64,000 bases of DNA from an uncultured Planctomycetota bacterium (GCA_963752285.1 CAVVXN010000002.1:448001-512000), one strand, 5' to 3'; shown: positions 19,802 through 28,981, numbered from the stretch's first letter. Made by a program: numbers and translations. The notes: generated from the letters alone by a model not told the origin.

Positions 19802-21181
19802 ATGGCCTTCTTGCGCAATGACGGCCTGTGGCGCTGGGCCATCGTCGCCGTCGCCTTCGGCGTGGTGGGGTGCGCCGTCGCGCTGAACGCCCCGCGCCCC
19901 ACGATGGTTCCGGCGAACGTGTACCGCGCGCCTGCGCCCCCGCTCCCCGCCGGTCGGGCCGTTTTGGGCCCCCGCCTTCCGCACGAGAAGCACGCGGACC
20001 TCGGCCTGGGCTGTACCGACTGCCACGGGGTGGACGAGAAGACCGGCGAGCCCACGTACCCCAAGCCCGAGGTCTGCCTCGACTGCCACCAGGACATTCA
20101 GGACGAGGCGAAGACGCCCCCCGAGAAGCGCGTCGAGAACCTGTTCTTCGACCCGCAGGGCCTGCCGCGGTGGAAGCGCTCGATCGTGGGCTACCCGGCG
20201 GACGTCCGTTTCTCGCACAAGACCCACGCCACGGCCAACCTCGAGTGCGCCGAGTGCCACGGCAAGATGAAGGGCACGGAGCGGGTCCAGCACAAGGTCC
20301 TCCAGAAGAGCCAGTGCCTGGCCTGCCACCAGGAGCGGGACGTCTCGCTCCAGTGCGCCATCTGCCACCGCGCGACCCGCGCCGACGTGCCCCCGCCGAG
20401 CCACCAGCCCCAGACCGACTGGGAGGTGCTGCACGGGAAGACGGTTCTCGCGGCCGAGGCCCAGGGGACGAGTTCCTCCTGCCAGTACTGCCACGCCACG
20501 TCCTACTGCAACGAGTGCCACCAGGCCCGCAAGCCGTCGTCCCACGGCTTCGACTGGGAGCGACGTCACGGCCAGCTCGTCTGGCAGGCGGGGAGCCCCG
20601 ACGCCGCGAGCTGCACCTTCTGTCATCGCGACGCCGCGTTCTGTGACGGCTGCCACCAGAACCGGAAGCCCAGCTCCCACGACCACCTCTGGGAGAAGAG
20701 ACACGGCGTGCTGGCCCGCGCCGGCGACATGAGCGGCATGGCGCGGTGCACGTTCTGCCACGACAAGCCTTCCTTCTGCGAGGACTGCCACAAGGAGAAC
20801 CCGCCGCGCGACCACACCGACATCTTCCGGACGCGGACGCACGGCATGATGGCCTCCCTCGACCGCACGCGATGCATGGTCTGCCACCAGACCGACTTCT
20901 GCGTGCGCTGCCACGAGGACACCGCACCGCGCTCCCACCGCGGGCTCTGGGCCCACCTGCGGGACACGCACTGCATGCAGTGCCACTTCCCGATCCAGCA
21001 GGAGCCCGAGTGCGCGGTGTGCCACAAGCAGAACCCCACCCACGACACCGCGCCGGACCAGCCGCCGAGCCACACGCCCGGCCTCAACTGCCGTGCGTGT
21101 CACACGCCCGTGGGCGTGGGGGGGGCGCCGCCGTTGCGGCACGTTGACAACGGGACCCCCTGCCAGTTCTGCCACCACTAA
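19802..21181 (+). CDS. 17-heme cytochrome c, probable lipoprotein
   Basis: 17 CxxCH counted; possible lipobox VVGC; N-terminal c3/c7-like part (HEKH, FSHKTH) then repeated PxSH..W...HG..CxxCH..CxxCH diheme units. Confidence 0.9.
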   Translation: MAFLRNDGLWRWAIVAVAFGVVGCAVALNAPRPTMVPANVYRAPAPPLPAGRAVLGPRLPHEKHADLGLGCTDCHGVDEKTGEPTYPKPEVCLDCHQDIQDEAKTPPEKRVENLFFDPQGLPRWKRSIVGYPADVRFSHKTHATANLECAECHGKMKGTERVQHKVLQKSQCLACHQERDVSLQCAICHRATRADVPPPSHQPQTDWEVLHGKTVLAAEAQGTSSSCQYCHATSYCNECHQARKPSSHGFDWERRHGQLVWQAGSPDAASCTFCHRDAAFCDGCHQNRKPSSHDHLWEKRHGVLARAGDMSGMARCTFCHDKPSFCEDCHKENPPRDHTDIFRTRTHGMMASLDRTRCMVCHQTDFCVRCHEDTAPRSHRGLWAHLRDTHCMQCHFPIQQEPECAVCHKQNPTHDTAPDQPPSHTPGLNCRACHTPVGVGGAPPLRHVDNGTPCQFCHH

Positions 21182-21182
21182 C

Positions 21183-21286
21183 GCCGGCGCGCTGAGGGCC
21201 CCGTTCGCGGCCCTTCCTCCTCCTTGCGTGCATTCGCACGCGGCGTCGTCGTCATGACCACTCCTTGGGGCCCTCAGCGCGCCGGC
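21183..21286. repeat. 104-bp element with perfect 20-bp terminal inverted repeats and an internal hairpin (MITE/REP-like)
   Basis: GCCGGCGCGCTGAGGGCCCC (21183-21202) vs GGGGCCCTCAGCGCGCCGGC (21267-21286); internal GCGTGC-ATTC-GCACGC. Confidence 0.75.
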
Positions 21287-21302
21287 TGCGTGCGGGCGCG
21301 GC

Positions 21303-21670
21303 GCGGGGGGCTCGCGGGCCCGCCTTCGGCGGGGCCGCATCGCGGGCTTGGTGCGGGGGGCTCGCGGGCCCGCCTTCGGCGGGGCCGCATCGCGGGCTTG
21401 GTGCGGGGGGCTTGCGGGCCCGCCTTTGGCGGGGCCGCATCGCGGGCTGTGGTGCGGGGGGCTCGCGGGCCCGCCTTTGGCGGGGCCGCATCGCGGGTGT
21501 GGTGCGGGGGGCTCGCGGGCCCGCCTTCGGCGGGGCCGCATCGCGGGGTGGGGTGGGGGGCTTGCGGGCCCGCCTTGGGCGGGGCCGCATCGCGGGGGTG
21601 GTGCGGGGGGATTGCGGGCCCGCCTTTGGCGGGGCCGCATCGCGGGGGTGGGGTGGGGGGGGCTTGCGGG
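21303..21670. repeat. Tandem array of 7 (+ partial) ~50-bp palindromic REP-like units
   Basis: Units start at about 21303, 21353, 21403, 21454, 21504, 21553, 21603; first unit GCGGGGGGCTCGCGGGCCCGCCTTCGGCGGGGCCGCATCGCGGGCTTGGT with CCCGCC-TTN-GGCGGG hairpin. Confidence 0.95.
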
Positions 21671-21753
21671 ACCGTTTTGGGCGCTCCGGGAAAGGTTTGG
21701 GTGGGGCGTCGCGTTCGGGATCATGTCGCGAACGTCGTTCGGGAGTCGGTATC

Positions 21754-23826
21754 GTGCGGCTCGCGTGGCTCGCGTGGCTCGGTGGGGTCGTCTTGGCGCT
21801 CGGGCTCTCGCTCGGGGTGGGGGTTCGGGCGGCTCGGGCGGACGACGAGGTCACCGACCAGACGCTCGAGGACCACGAGTGCCTGTCGTGCCACGGGTTT
21901 GCGAAGAACGAGGAGAAGGCGCCCTTCGTGGACGGGCGACTGTTCCTCGTCTCGGTGCACAAGGACGTCGCTTGCACCGACTGCCATGGCGACTACGAGG
22001 GCAACCATCCCCAGAAGATGGCCCCGCCCGAGTCGTGCGCCTCGTGTCACTCCGACGAGTACGACCAGGTCAAGAAGAGCGTCCACGGCGTACGGTTCCC
22101 CGGGCCCGAGGCGCCCGAGACCTCGCCCGCCTGCGGGGCCTGCCACGGGATCCACGACGTCTTCAAGCCCACGGACCGCCGGTCGCACCTGTTCCCGCTC
22201 GAGGTCCCGTTCACCTGCGGGCGCTGCCACGCGAACGAGAAGGACGGCACGCCGACGCCCGCCTCCGAGCGGCCCACGGTCGATCAGCTCCTCTCGACGC
22301 TCTACGCCGACGACACGCACGGCGCGGCGCTCCTCAAGGCCGGGCTGGTCACGGCGCCGACGTGTGTCACCTGCCACGGCAAGCACGACATCCGGCACCC
22401 GGAGGACCCGGCCGCGTCGGTCAACCGGATGAACGTGTCGAAGACGTGCGGCCAGTGCCACGTCGGGATCTACGAGCACTACGTCGAGAGCATCCACGGC
22501 ACCACGCCCCGGGGCCATCCCGAGAACAACGCGAACAAGCGGGAGCCCGCCACCTGCACGGACTGCCACACGCCGCACGGGATCGAGCGTGTGGGGCTCC
22601 ACTTCAAGCTGAAGATCATCCAGACATGCTCGCGCTGCCACGGCGAGCGCGGCCGGACGTACAAGGGCACGTACCACGGTCACATCTCGGAGATCGGGCT
22701 GGGCGGCGTCGCGGCGTGCAGCGACTGCCACACCGCGCACGACATCCTGCCGTCCAGCGACCCGCGTTCCTCCGTGAACCCCGCCCACCGGACCGCGACG
22801 TGCGCGAAGTGCCACGAGGGCGCGACGCCCCGGTTCGCGAGCTACCTGGTGCACGCGAACCCGGACGACCCGAAGCGCTTCCCCATCCTCTATTACGCGC
22901 GCACCATCATGCGCGACCTGATCCTGGGCACCTGGGCCCTGTGGGGTCTCCACACGCTCCTCTGGCTGTTCCGCGCGTGGAAGGACCGGAAGAGGATTCG
23001 GGCGCACATCGAACCGGTGAGCGGGCGGTGGTACCGGCGCTGGCCCTGGAGCTACCGCGCGATCCACCTCACGCTGATCTTCTCGTTCCTGCTCCTCGCC
23101 ATGACCGGCATCCCGCTCCGCTTCAGCGAGGCGCCCTGGGCGCGGACCGTGTTCGACTTCCTGGGAGGGGCTGCGAACTGCCGGCTTCTCCACCGCATTG
23201 GCGCGGCCTTGACCTTCGCGTACGCCCTGGCCTTCGTCGTGATGATCGCCGTGCGCCTGGCCCGGGGCGAGCGTGGCATCTTCCGCGGGCCCTCGTCCCT
23301 CCTCCCGCGCGTGAAGGACCTCCACGACATCCGGGCGAACCTCAAGTGGTTCGTGAAGGGCGGGCACCCTCCGGCCTTCGACCGCTGGACCTACTACGAG
23401 AAGTTCGACTTCCTCGCCGAGGTCTGGGGGGTGATGTTCATCGGGATCACGGGCCTGGTCATGTGGTTCCCGATCTTCTTCACCGACTTCCTTCCCGGCT
23501 GGGGCATCAACCTCGCCAACATCTTCCACTCGTACGAGGCGCTGCTCGCGACGACGTTCATCTTCACGGTGCACTTCTTCAACGCGAACCTGCGGCCAGG
23601 GAAGTTCCCCGTGGACCCGATGTTCCTGCACGGCCGCATCTCCGAGGAAGAGCTGCGCCACGAGCGGCCGGCCGAGTACGAGCGCATGCGCGCCGAGGGC
23701 CGCCTCGAGAGCGAGGCCCTGCCGCCGCCCAACGAGCGCGTGACCGAGCGCGCCCACATCATGGGCATCCTGCTCATGTCGATCGGTCTCGTGCTCGTCC
23801 TCCTCATGGCCAGCACGCTTCTCTGA
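21754..23826 (+). CDS. CbcL-like inner-membrane multiheme cytochrome c / cytochrome b fusion (putative quinol dehydrogenase)
   Basis: Signal peptide, 11 CxxCH, then TM di-heme-b domain with IHLTL, LLHRIG, FDRWTYYEKFDF, IFHSYEALLA, VHFFN, ERPAEY; GGGAG RBS before GTG 21754. Confidence 0.88.
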   Translation: MRLAWLAWLGGVVLALGLSLGVGVRAARADDEVTDQTLEDHECLSCHGFAKNEEKAPFVDGRLFLVSVHKDVACTDCHGDYEGNHPQKMAPPESCASCHSDEYDQVKKSVHGVRFPGPEAPETSPACGACHGIHDVFKPTDRRSHLFPLEVPFTCGRCHANEKDGTPTPASERPTVDQLLSTLYADDTHGAALLKAGLVTAPTCVTCHGKHDIRHPEDPAASVNRMNVSKTCGQCHVGIYEHYVESIHGTTPRGHPENNANKREPATCTDCHTPHGIERVGLHFKLKIIQTCSRCHGERGRTYKGTYHGHISEIGLGGVAACSDCHTAHDILPSSDPRSSVNPAHRTATCAKCHEGATPRFASYLVHANPDDPKRFPILYYARTIMRDLILGTWALWGLHTLLWLFRAWKDRKRIRAHIEPVSGRWYRRWPWSYRAIHLTLIFSFLLLAMTGIPLRFSEAPWARTVFDFLGGAANCRLLHRIGAALTFAYALAFVVMIAVRLARGERGIFRGPSSLLPRVKDLHDIRANLKWFVKGGHPPAFDRWTYYEKFDFLAEVWGVMFIGITGLVMWFPIFFTDFLPGWGINLANIFHSYEALLATTFIFTVHFFNANLRPGKFPVDPMFLHGRISEEELRHERPAEYERMRAEGRLESEALPPPNERVTERAHIMGILLMSIGLVLVLLMASTLL

Positions 23827-23993
23827 CCCGTCGCCCGGACCGGGCGCTCGGGACGGGGGACCCGGGCACCGCGGCCCGGCCGGCCTCCGCCCGAGCGCAG
23901 GCGCCCGTCCACCGTGGGGCGTGAACCGCGCGCTCTCGAATCGCCGGGAAGCGCACGTTTGCGGGTCGGCGATCGGCCATTAGGATCCTCCGA

Positions 23994-25019
23994 ATGAAGA
24001 CCGTGCCCCCGCCCGCCGGCCCGGCCGACGGTGATGGTCCGCGCCGCTGGGCGGTCGTCGTGGGCACGATCGGGGGCCTCTTCCTCGGCGTCGTGTTCTT
24101 CGTCGCCGTCTGGGGGGTCCCGCCGATCCGCCTCGGCAAGGTGGGCGACCCGGAGGCGTTCGCGCAGGTCCTCCAGCTCGAGCGCCTCGTGGTGGTGCTG
24201 AGCCCCTTCGAGGCGGCGGTGTTCGCGATCGGAGTGGAGGCCGCCGTGGCCTTCTTCCTGCTGCTCGGGATCCGCCGGCTCTGGGTCCTGGTGCCCGTGA
24301 CGTTGGTGGTGGTCTTCTTCATGTACCTGAACGGCCGAGCGTATCTCGCGTGGATCCAGGGCGAGAAGCTCCCCGAGATGTCGTGCGGCTGTTTCGGGAA
24401 CCTCGTAGACCGCTCGCCCGCGGAGGCGTTCTGGCAGGACGCGGCCCTCCTGCTCCCCGCGCTGCTCATGGCGTACGTGGGCCGTCCCAGAGGGGAGGGC
24501 GCCTCCGCGCCTCCCGTTCGGACGGCGCTGGCGGGCCTCCTCACCATGGGCACCGTGTTCTTCGCGGCGGCCGCGCCCGAGATGAGGCTCGACGACCTTT
24601 CGACGCGGCTCCGGCCCGGAACGGACCTTCGCACCGTCTGCGCCGGCACGGGTCCGGAGCACCTGTGCCTGGCGGGCGAAGCCCTCGCGCCCGGGCTTAC
24701 GGAGGGCGAACACGTCGTCGTGCTCGCCGACCTCACCGACCCGGACTTCCAGGCGGAGGTGGCGCACCGGAGCCAGGAGCTCCTCGACTTCGCCGCGCGC
24801 GAGGACGCGCCCGACATCCTCGTTCTGTTCAGCGGGCCCAAGGAGCAGGCGACCGCGTTCCAGTTCCAGGCCCTCGCGCCCCCGTTCCAGTACCAGGACG
24901 TGCCGGCGGCGCTGCTGAGACCCCTGCACCGTCGTCTGCCGCGTACGTTCGTGGTTCGAGACGGCGTCGTGCGCGCGACCTACTCTGGACTGCCCCCGAT
25001 GGCCGATCTGGACCTGTGA
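23994..25019 (+). CDS. MauE/DoxX-family membrane protein with C-terminal thioredoxin-like region
   Basis: Several TM helices, SCGCFG MauE signature, C-terminal LPRTFVVRDGVVRA. Confidence 0.75.
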   Translation: MKTVPPPAGPADGDGPRRWAVVVGTIGGLFLGVVFFVAVWGVPPIRLGKVGDPEAFAQVLQLERLVVVLSPFEAAVFAIGVEAAVAFFLLLGIRRLWVLVPVTLVVVFFMYLNGRAYLAWIQGEKLPEMSCGCFGNLVDRSPAEAFWQDAALLLPALLMAYVGRPRGEGASAPPVRTALAGLLTMGTVFFAAAAPEMRLDDLSTRLRPGTDLRTVCAGTGPEHLCLAGEALAPGLTEGEHVVVLADLTDPDFQAEVAHRSQELLDFAAREDAPDILVLFSGPKEQATAFQFQALAPPFQYQDVPAALLRPLHRRLPRTFVVRDGVVRATYSGLPPMADLDL

Positions 25020-25042
25020 ACCCGGTCCCCCGAGGCTCCTCC

Positions 25043-25870
25043 ATGCGCCGCATCCACCCCCCGAGCCGCTGGGCGGCGATCCTCGTTCTCGCCACGCTGG
25101 CGGGGGTCCCCTCCGCGCGTGCCGGCGACGACACCGGGGACGCGCATCCGACCCTCCGCGACTTCCAGGCGACGGGGCAGTACGTCCTCTGGGCCAAGGA
25201 CGAGGCGGTGGACCAGGCGACGATCTACTACTCGGAGCCCTCGGCGGCGTATTTGATCGTCACGGAGGCCTTCCCCGACGCGGTGCTGATCCTGCCGCGC
25301 ACCCGTTGTGTCGAGTCGGTCAAGTCGGACGAGATGATCGAGCGGGACGACGGCGGCATCGACGTGAAGAAGGAGGCGATGCCCTGCGGTCTCGGCCGGT
25401 TCCGCCTGGAGGGAGCCGACGTGGTGTTCGACGTCGGCGACATCCCCGCCCGGCTGAAGCCGAAGCCGCCCCTGCTCGGCGGGCATCGGCGCGACGCGCT
25501 CCTCGAGCACTCACCGGAGTACGCGCGGGGCGCGAAGGCCTACAAGCCCGACATGGACGTCATCGAGCAGATGAAGAAGGCCAACAAGAAGGCCCGCATC
25601 CAGATCTTCTTCGGCTCGTGGTGTTCGTTCTGTGCCCGCTTCGTTCCCCACATCCTGCGCGTGGAGGAGGAGCTCCAGGGCACCGACCTTTCGTTCGAGT
25701 ACTTCGGCCTGGAGCCGCCGCCGGCGGCGTGGGTCGGCGAGACGGCGACGAAGATGGGAATCAAGAGACTCCCCACGGGCATCATCTTCGTGGACGACAA
25801 GGAGATCGGCCGGATCATCGGGACCGAGTGGATCCGCCCCGAGGTCGCGCTGGCGCGCTTCCTCCGCTGA
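25043..25870 (+). CDS. Exported thioredoxin-family protein
   Basis: Signal peptide; FFGSWCSFC CxxC motif; IKRLPT cis-Pro region; EIGRI. Confidence 0.8.
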   Translation: MRRIHPPSRWAAILVLATLAGVPSARAGDDTGDAHPTLRDFQATGQYVLWAKDEAVDQATIYYSEPSAAYLIVTEAFPDAVLILPRTRCVESVKSDEMIERDDGGIDVKKEAMPCGLGRFRLEGADVVFDVGDIPARLKPKPPLLGGHRRDALLEHSPEYARGAKAYKPDMDVIEQMKKANKKARIQIFFGSWCSFCARFVPHILRVEEELQGTDLSFEYFGLEPPPAAWVGETATKMGIKRLPTGIIFVDDKEIGRIIGTEWIRPEVALARFLR

Positions 25871-25947
25871 CGCGGACCCGCGCCGCGACCCGGGCGTCGC
25901 CGCATCCCGGCCCACGCCGGATCCGCCCGCGCGGCGCACCTACGAGA

Positions 25948-25978
25948 GCGCCCCGCGCGGCGGGGCCGCGCGGGGCGC
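25948..25978. terminator. Hairpin between convergent genes, likely bidirectional terminator
   Basis: Perfect 14-bp stem GCGCCCCGCGCGGC-GGG-GCCGCGCGGGGCGC. Confidence 0.6.
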
Positions 25979-25997
25979 GAGGGGGAGACTCCGAACG

Positions 25998-28526
25998 CTA
26001 GGGCAGCGCGAAGCTCGCGCCCGACAGCGCGCCGAGCGTGTGGGTGAACACGTCCGAGACGAAGCCCGGGTTGTGGAAGGACTTGCTGCGGTCCGCCTCG
26101 AGCATGGAGAAGTTCCAGCCCGCCTTCGCGAGCACCACCTCGGGGTTCCCGGCGAAGAGGCCGTTCAGGTAGAGCGAGCCCATCGGGAGATCGAGCGGGT
26201 CGAGGATCGTCGTGCCGCCGTGGAGCTGCACGTGGTAGATCCAGGAGCCGCCGATCTGGATGTTCATGCCCTGCCGCCCGTGCGACTCGGCGAACTCCAA
26301 CCCCCCGACGACCGACGTGGAGTCGATCGTGGCGGCGAGCGGGGTCGCCTCGTCGAGCGTCGAGCCGGTGAGGGCGATGCGGTATCCCGCACCGACCAGC
26401 GACTGGATCTCGTCCGCGAGCTTGGACTCGATGGTGAGCTTCAGGTCCTCGATGCTGGTCTCGAACTGCTTCTCGAGCGTGCCGCCGTCGAAGGCGCCGT
26501 GGCAGTTCGAGCAGATCGAGACGTCGGCGGTGAAGCCGTGGTTGGCGCCCGCGCCGCTCAGGCTGTAGTCCGCCGGGGGCGGGCTCATCTGGACGTGGCA
26601 GGTGACGCAGGTGTCCTTCAGGAAGCCGTGGGGGCCGCGGCTCGGCGTCGAGACGAAGAACATGTTCTGGCCGAAGAGCACGTCCGTCTGCGGGCCCTGG
26701 TGGGGCGCCCGGTCGGGCGAGTCGAGGCCCGTCACGTCGTTCCTCAGACCGCGCCGGCCGTTGTGGCACTCCATGCACATCGCGCCCTTGCCGACGTTCG
26801 TCGCGCTGAACCCCGACTCGAGGTTCATCGCGTTGTCCTCGACGCGCATGTGCGCGTCGTTCGCGTCGCCGGAGACCGTTCCGACGTTGTGCGGGTCGTG
26901 GCAGACCACGCACGTGATCGGGTGGACCGTATCGGCCGTCGGCGCGGCATCGACCACCCCGTCCGGCAGCCAGTCGAGGAAGCCCTGTGCGGAGTGGCAC
27001 TTCGCGCAGCTCTTGTTGGTGCCCTCAGCGATGGCGACCTCGTAGTTGCCGTGCGCGCTGTTCTCCCACTGCTGGAAGCGGCCGTGCCGCGGCGGTTCGC
27101 CGTGGCAGGAGCCGCACACGTCCGACGCCATGGAAACGCGGTACACGTCGTTGCCCATGTGGCTGCTGCCCTGGCCGTTCGGGCCGTGGCAGTTCTCACA
27201 CTGGATGTTGCCCTTCTGGGCGACCGTGGGCCACGTCGAGAGCACCTTGGCCCAGTTCCCCATGTCCATCGTCATGTGGCCACCGGGGAACATGCCGGCG
27301 TAGAAGTCGGCGTACTGCGGCGTGTCGTCCAGCCCGTCGTTCGTCGCGTCGAGGTCGAAGCCCACGGTGTGGCACGCGAAGCAGCTGCTGCTGTAGTGGT
27401 CGCTCGTGTTCAGGTTGTCCTTGAAGATCGAGGCGTGCCCGGTCTTGGCCCAGTCCGTGAATTTCTCGGGGAAGATGCCGGAGTGACAGGACATCGTGCA
27501 GGACATCGTCGGGTTGCCGGCGGCGTCCATGCCGTCGATCCCGCCGACCCACTTGCCGGCGTAGACGTCCAGGTTGACCGTCGTGCTCGTCGCGAGGTCC
27601 GTCACCGCGAGGGTGTACTTCCCCGTGACGTCGGGCACGAACCAGGGGTACCGGGTCGTGGCGTCGGAGAGCGTCGCCGTGGAGGTCCCCGGCGCCGCCT
27701 GGATCGTCCAGTCGTACGACGCCTGGGTCTTCCCGCCGAGCAGGACCGGCACGCCGACCGGCACGTTCTGGAGGCCCGTCGTCCAGGCGACGAAGGGCAG
27801 CTTCGCGGCGACCGCGGCCGTCGCCTTGTACGTGCCGCTCGTCGTCGTCACGGTGCACTGGAGGTCCACCGCCGCGCCGAGGTCGGCGACCTCGGGGTTG
27901 AGCGGGACCACCCGCCAGCGCTCGAGCTGCTCGATGCTGCCCACGAGGGCGGTCTTGTAGGCCGCGATCGCGGCCAGCGTCACGTCCGTCGTCGCCGCGG
28001 TCGGCGCCGTGATCGTCGCCGTGGCGCCCGTGCCCGTCTGCGACCAGGAGTAGCCGCTGACCGTCGATCCGTCGTAGATCGTCGGCGTGGCCGTCAGCGC
28101 GAACGACGCCCCGGGAGCGGGGCCCGTCGGCGCGCCCGTGATCTTCACGGTCACGTGCGCCGTCGGCATGAGGTCGAGGTTGCACGTGGTCGTGCCGGCT
28201 GCGAGGACGCTCACGCTGTCGGCGCCCGCCGTGAACCCGGTCGGCGCGCAGGCGAGTCCGTAGCTGCCCACCGGCAGCGTCGCGGTGTAGTGACCGGTCG
28301 CGTCGGTCACGGGGTTCACACCCGCCACGGCGGGCGTGAGGGTAACGGGCGCCCCTGCGAGGGGAGCGCCGCTCATGGCGTTGGTCACCTGACCGGTCAG
28401 CGTGCCGGTGCTCGCGCCGGGGAGGCCGGGCGCGCCGTTGCTGCCGGAACCGCAGGCGGCCAACGACAGGCAGAGGAAGGTGGCGAGCAGCCACCCGCCT
28501 CGATGGAAGCGAGTCGCAGGCGTCAT
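25998..28526 (-). CDS. Lipoprotein multiheme cytochrome c (8 CxxCH + 1 CxxxCH) with carboxypeptidase-regulatory/Ig-like stalk
   Basis: Lipobox LAAC; Thr-rich beta-sandwich domains (GTLTGQVTNA..TDATGHY; FVPDVTGKYTL); CTMSCH, CFACH, CENCH, CGSCH, CAKCH, CVVCH, CMECH, CVTCH, CSNCH; AGGAG RBS. Confidence 0.88.
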   Translation of the reverse strand: MTPATRFHRGGWLLATFLCLSLAACGSGSNGAPGLPGASTGTLTGQVTNAMSGAPLAGAPVTLTPAVAGVNPVTDATGHYTATLPVGSYGLACAPTGFTAGADSVSVLAAGTTTCNLDLMPTAHVTVKITGAPTGPAPGASFALTATPTIYDGSTVSGYSWSQTGTGATATITAPTAATTDVTLAAIAAYKTALVGSIEQLERWRVVPLNPEVADLGAAVDLQCTVTTTSGTYKATAAVAAKLPFVAWTTGLQNVPVGVPVLLGGKTQASYDWTIQAAPGTSTATLSDATTRYPWFVPDVTGKYTLAVTDLATSTTVNLDVYAGKWVGGIDGMDAAGNPTMSCTMSCHSGIFPEKFTDWAKTGHASIFKDNLNTSDHYSSSCFACHTVGFDLDATNDGLDDTPQYADFYAGMFPGGHMTMDMGNWAKVLSTWPTVAQKGNIQCENCHGPNGQGSSHMGNDVYRVSMASDVCGSCHGEPPRHGRFQQWENSAHGNYEVAIAEGTNKSCAKCHSAQGFLDWLPDGVVDAAPTADTVHPITCVVCHDPHNVGTVSGDANDAHMRVEDNAMNLESGFSATNVGKGAMCMECHNGRRGLRNDVTGLDSPDRAPHQGPQTDVLFGQNMFFVSTPSRGPHGFLKDTCVTCHVQMSPPPADYSLSGAGANHGFTADVSICSNCHGAFDGGTLEKQFETSIEDLKLTIESKLADEIQSLVGAGYRIALTGSTLDEATPLAATIDSTSVVGGLEFAESHGRQGMNIQIGGSWIYHVQLHGGTTILDPLDLPMGSLYLNGLFAGNPEVVLAKAGWNFSMLEADRSKSFHNPGFVSDVFTHTLGALSGASFALP

Positions 28527-28810
28527 GCTGATCTCCTGGTACCGATGTGCAGGTCGGGGCGCGGCGGGAACGGGAATTCCGCCCCCGACCCGCGTGATCC
28601 GCCGACGGAGCCTGGCGGCGACGACGTGGCGGCAGAGCGCGTCGAGACTGCGGGCGCGGTCGTCCTGGTGTCTCGGGTGCGGAGCAAGCGCCTTGTCGTT
28701 CATCCGACGGGCCTCGTCTCAGCGAATCGTCCCTCTTGGGGCGGAGTGTATTCGTGCCGTGGCGTCTTCCCAATCTTTGCGACGGTGTTCCGTGCGGAAT
28801 GCGTTGTTGA

Positions 28811-28859
28811 TTGCATAGTATGCAAACGAATCGTGCAGATTGAATGCAACGTTGTTGCA
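28811..28859. promoter_or_regulatory. AT-rich cluster of TGCA palindromes, putative operator
   Basis: TTGCATA-G-TATGCAA (28811-28825) and TGCAAC-GTT-GTTGCA (28845-28859), upstream of the 28526 cytochrome gene. Confidence 0.45.
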
Positions 28860-28904
28860 GCGAGGACCCCGGCGCCATGCCGCGCGCGCGCCCCGGAAAT
28901 GCGA

Positions 28905-28938
28905 GCGGCCCGCGCGAGCGGAGGCTCGCGCGGGCCGC
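28905..28938. terminator. Hairpin downstream of the decaheme cytochrome gene
   Basis: Perfect 15-bp stem GCGGCCCGCGCGAGC-GGAG-GCTCGCGCGGGCCGC. Confidence 0.6.
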
Positions 28939-28981
28939 GAATGGGGGAAGGGCGCCCGGGGGCGCCCTCCGCTGGTCGTCG

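Noticed and set aside
21303..21670. CRISPR array
   Set aside because: Units are separated by only a few near-identical bases rather than unique 25-45 nt spacers, and no cas genes are in the window.
23994..25019. Methylamine utilisation (mau) pathway
   Set aside because: Only the MauE-like motif is present; there are no mauA/B/D/G homologs nearby.
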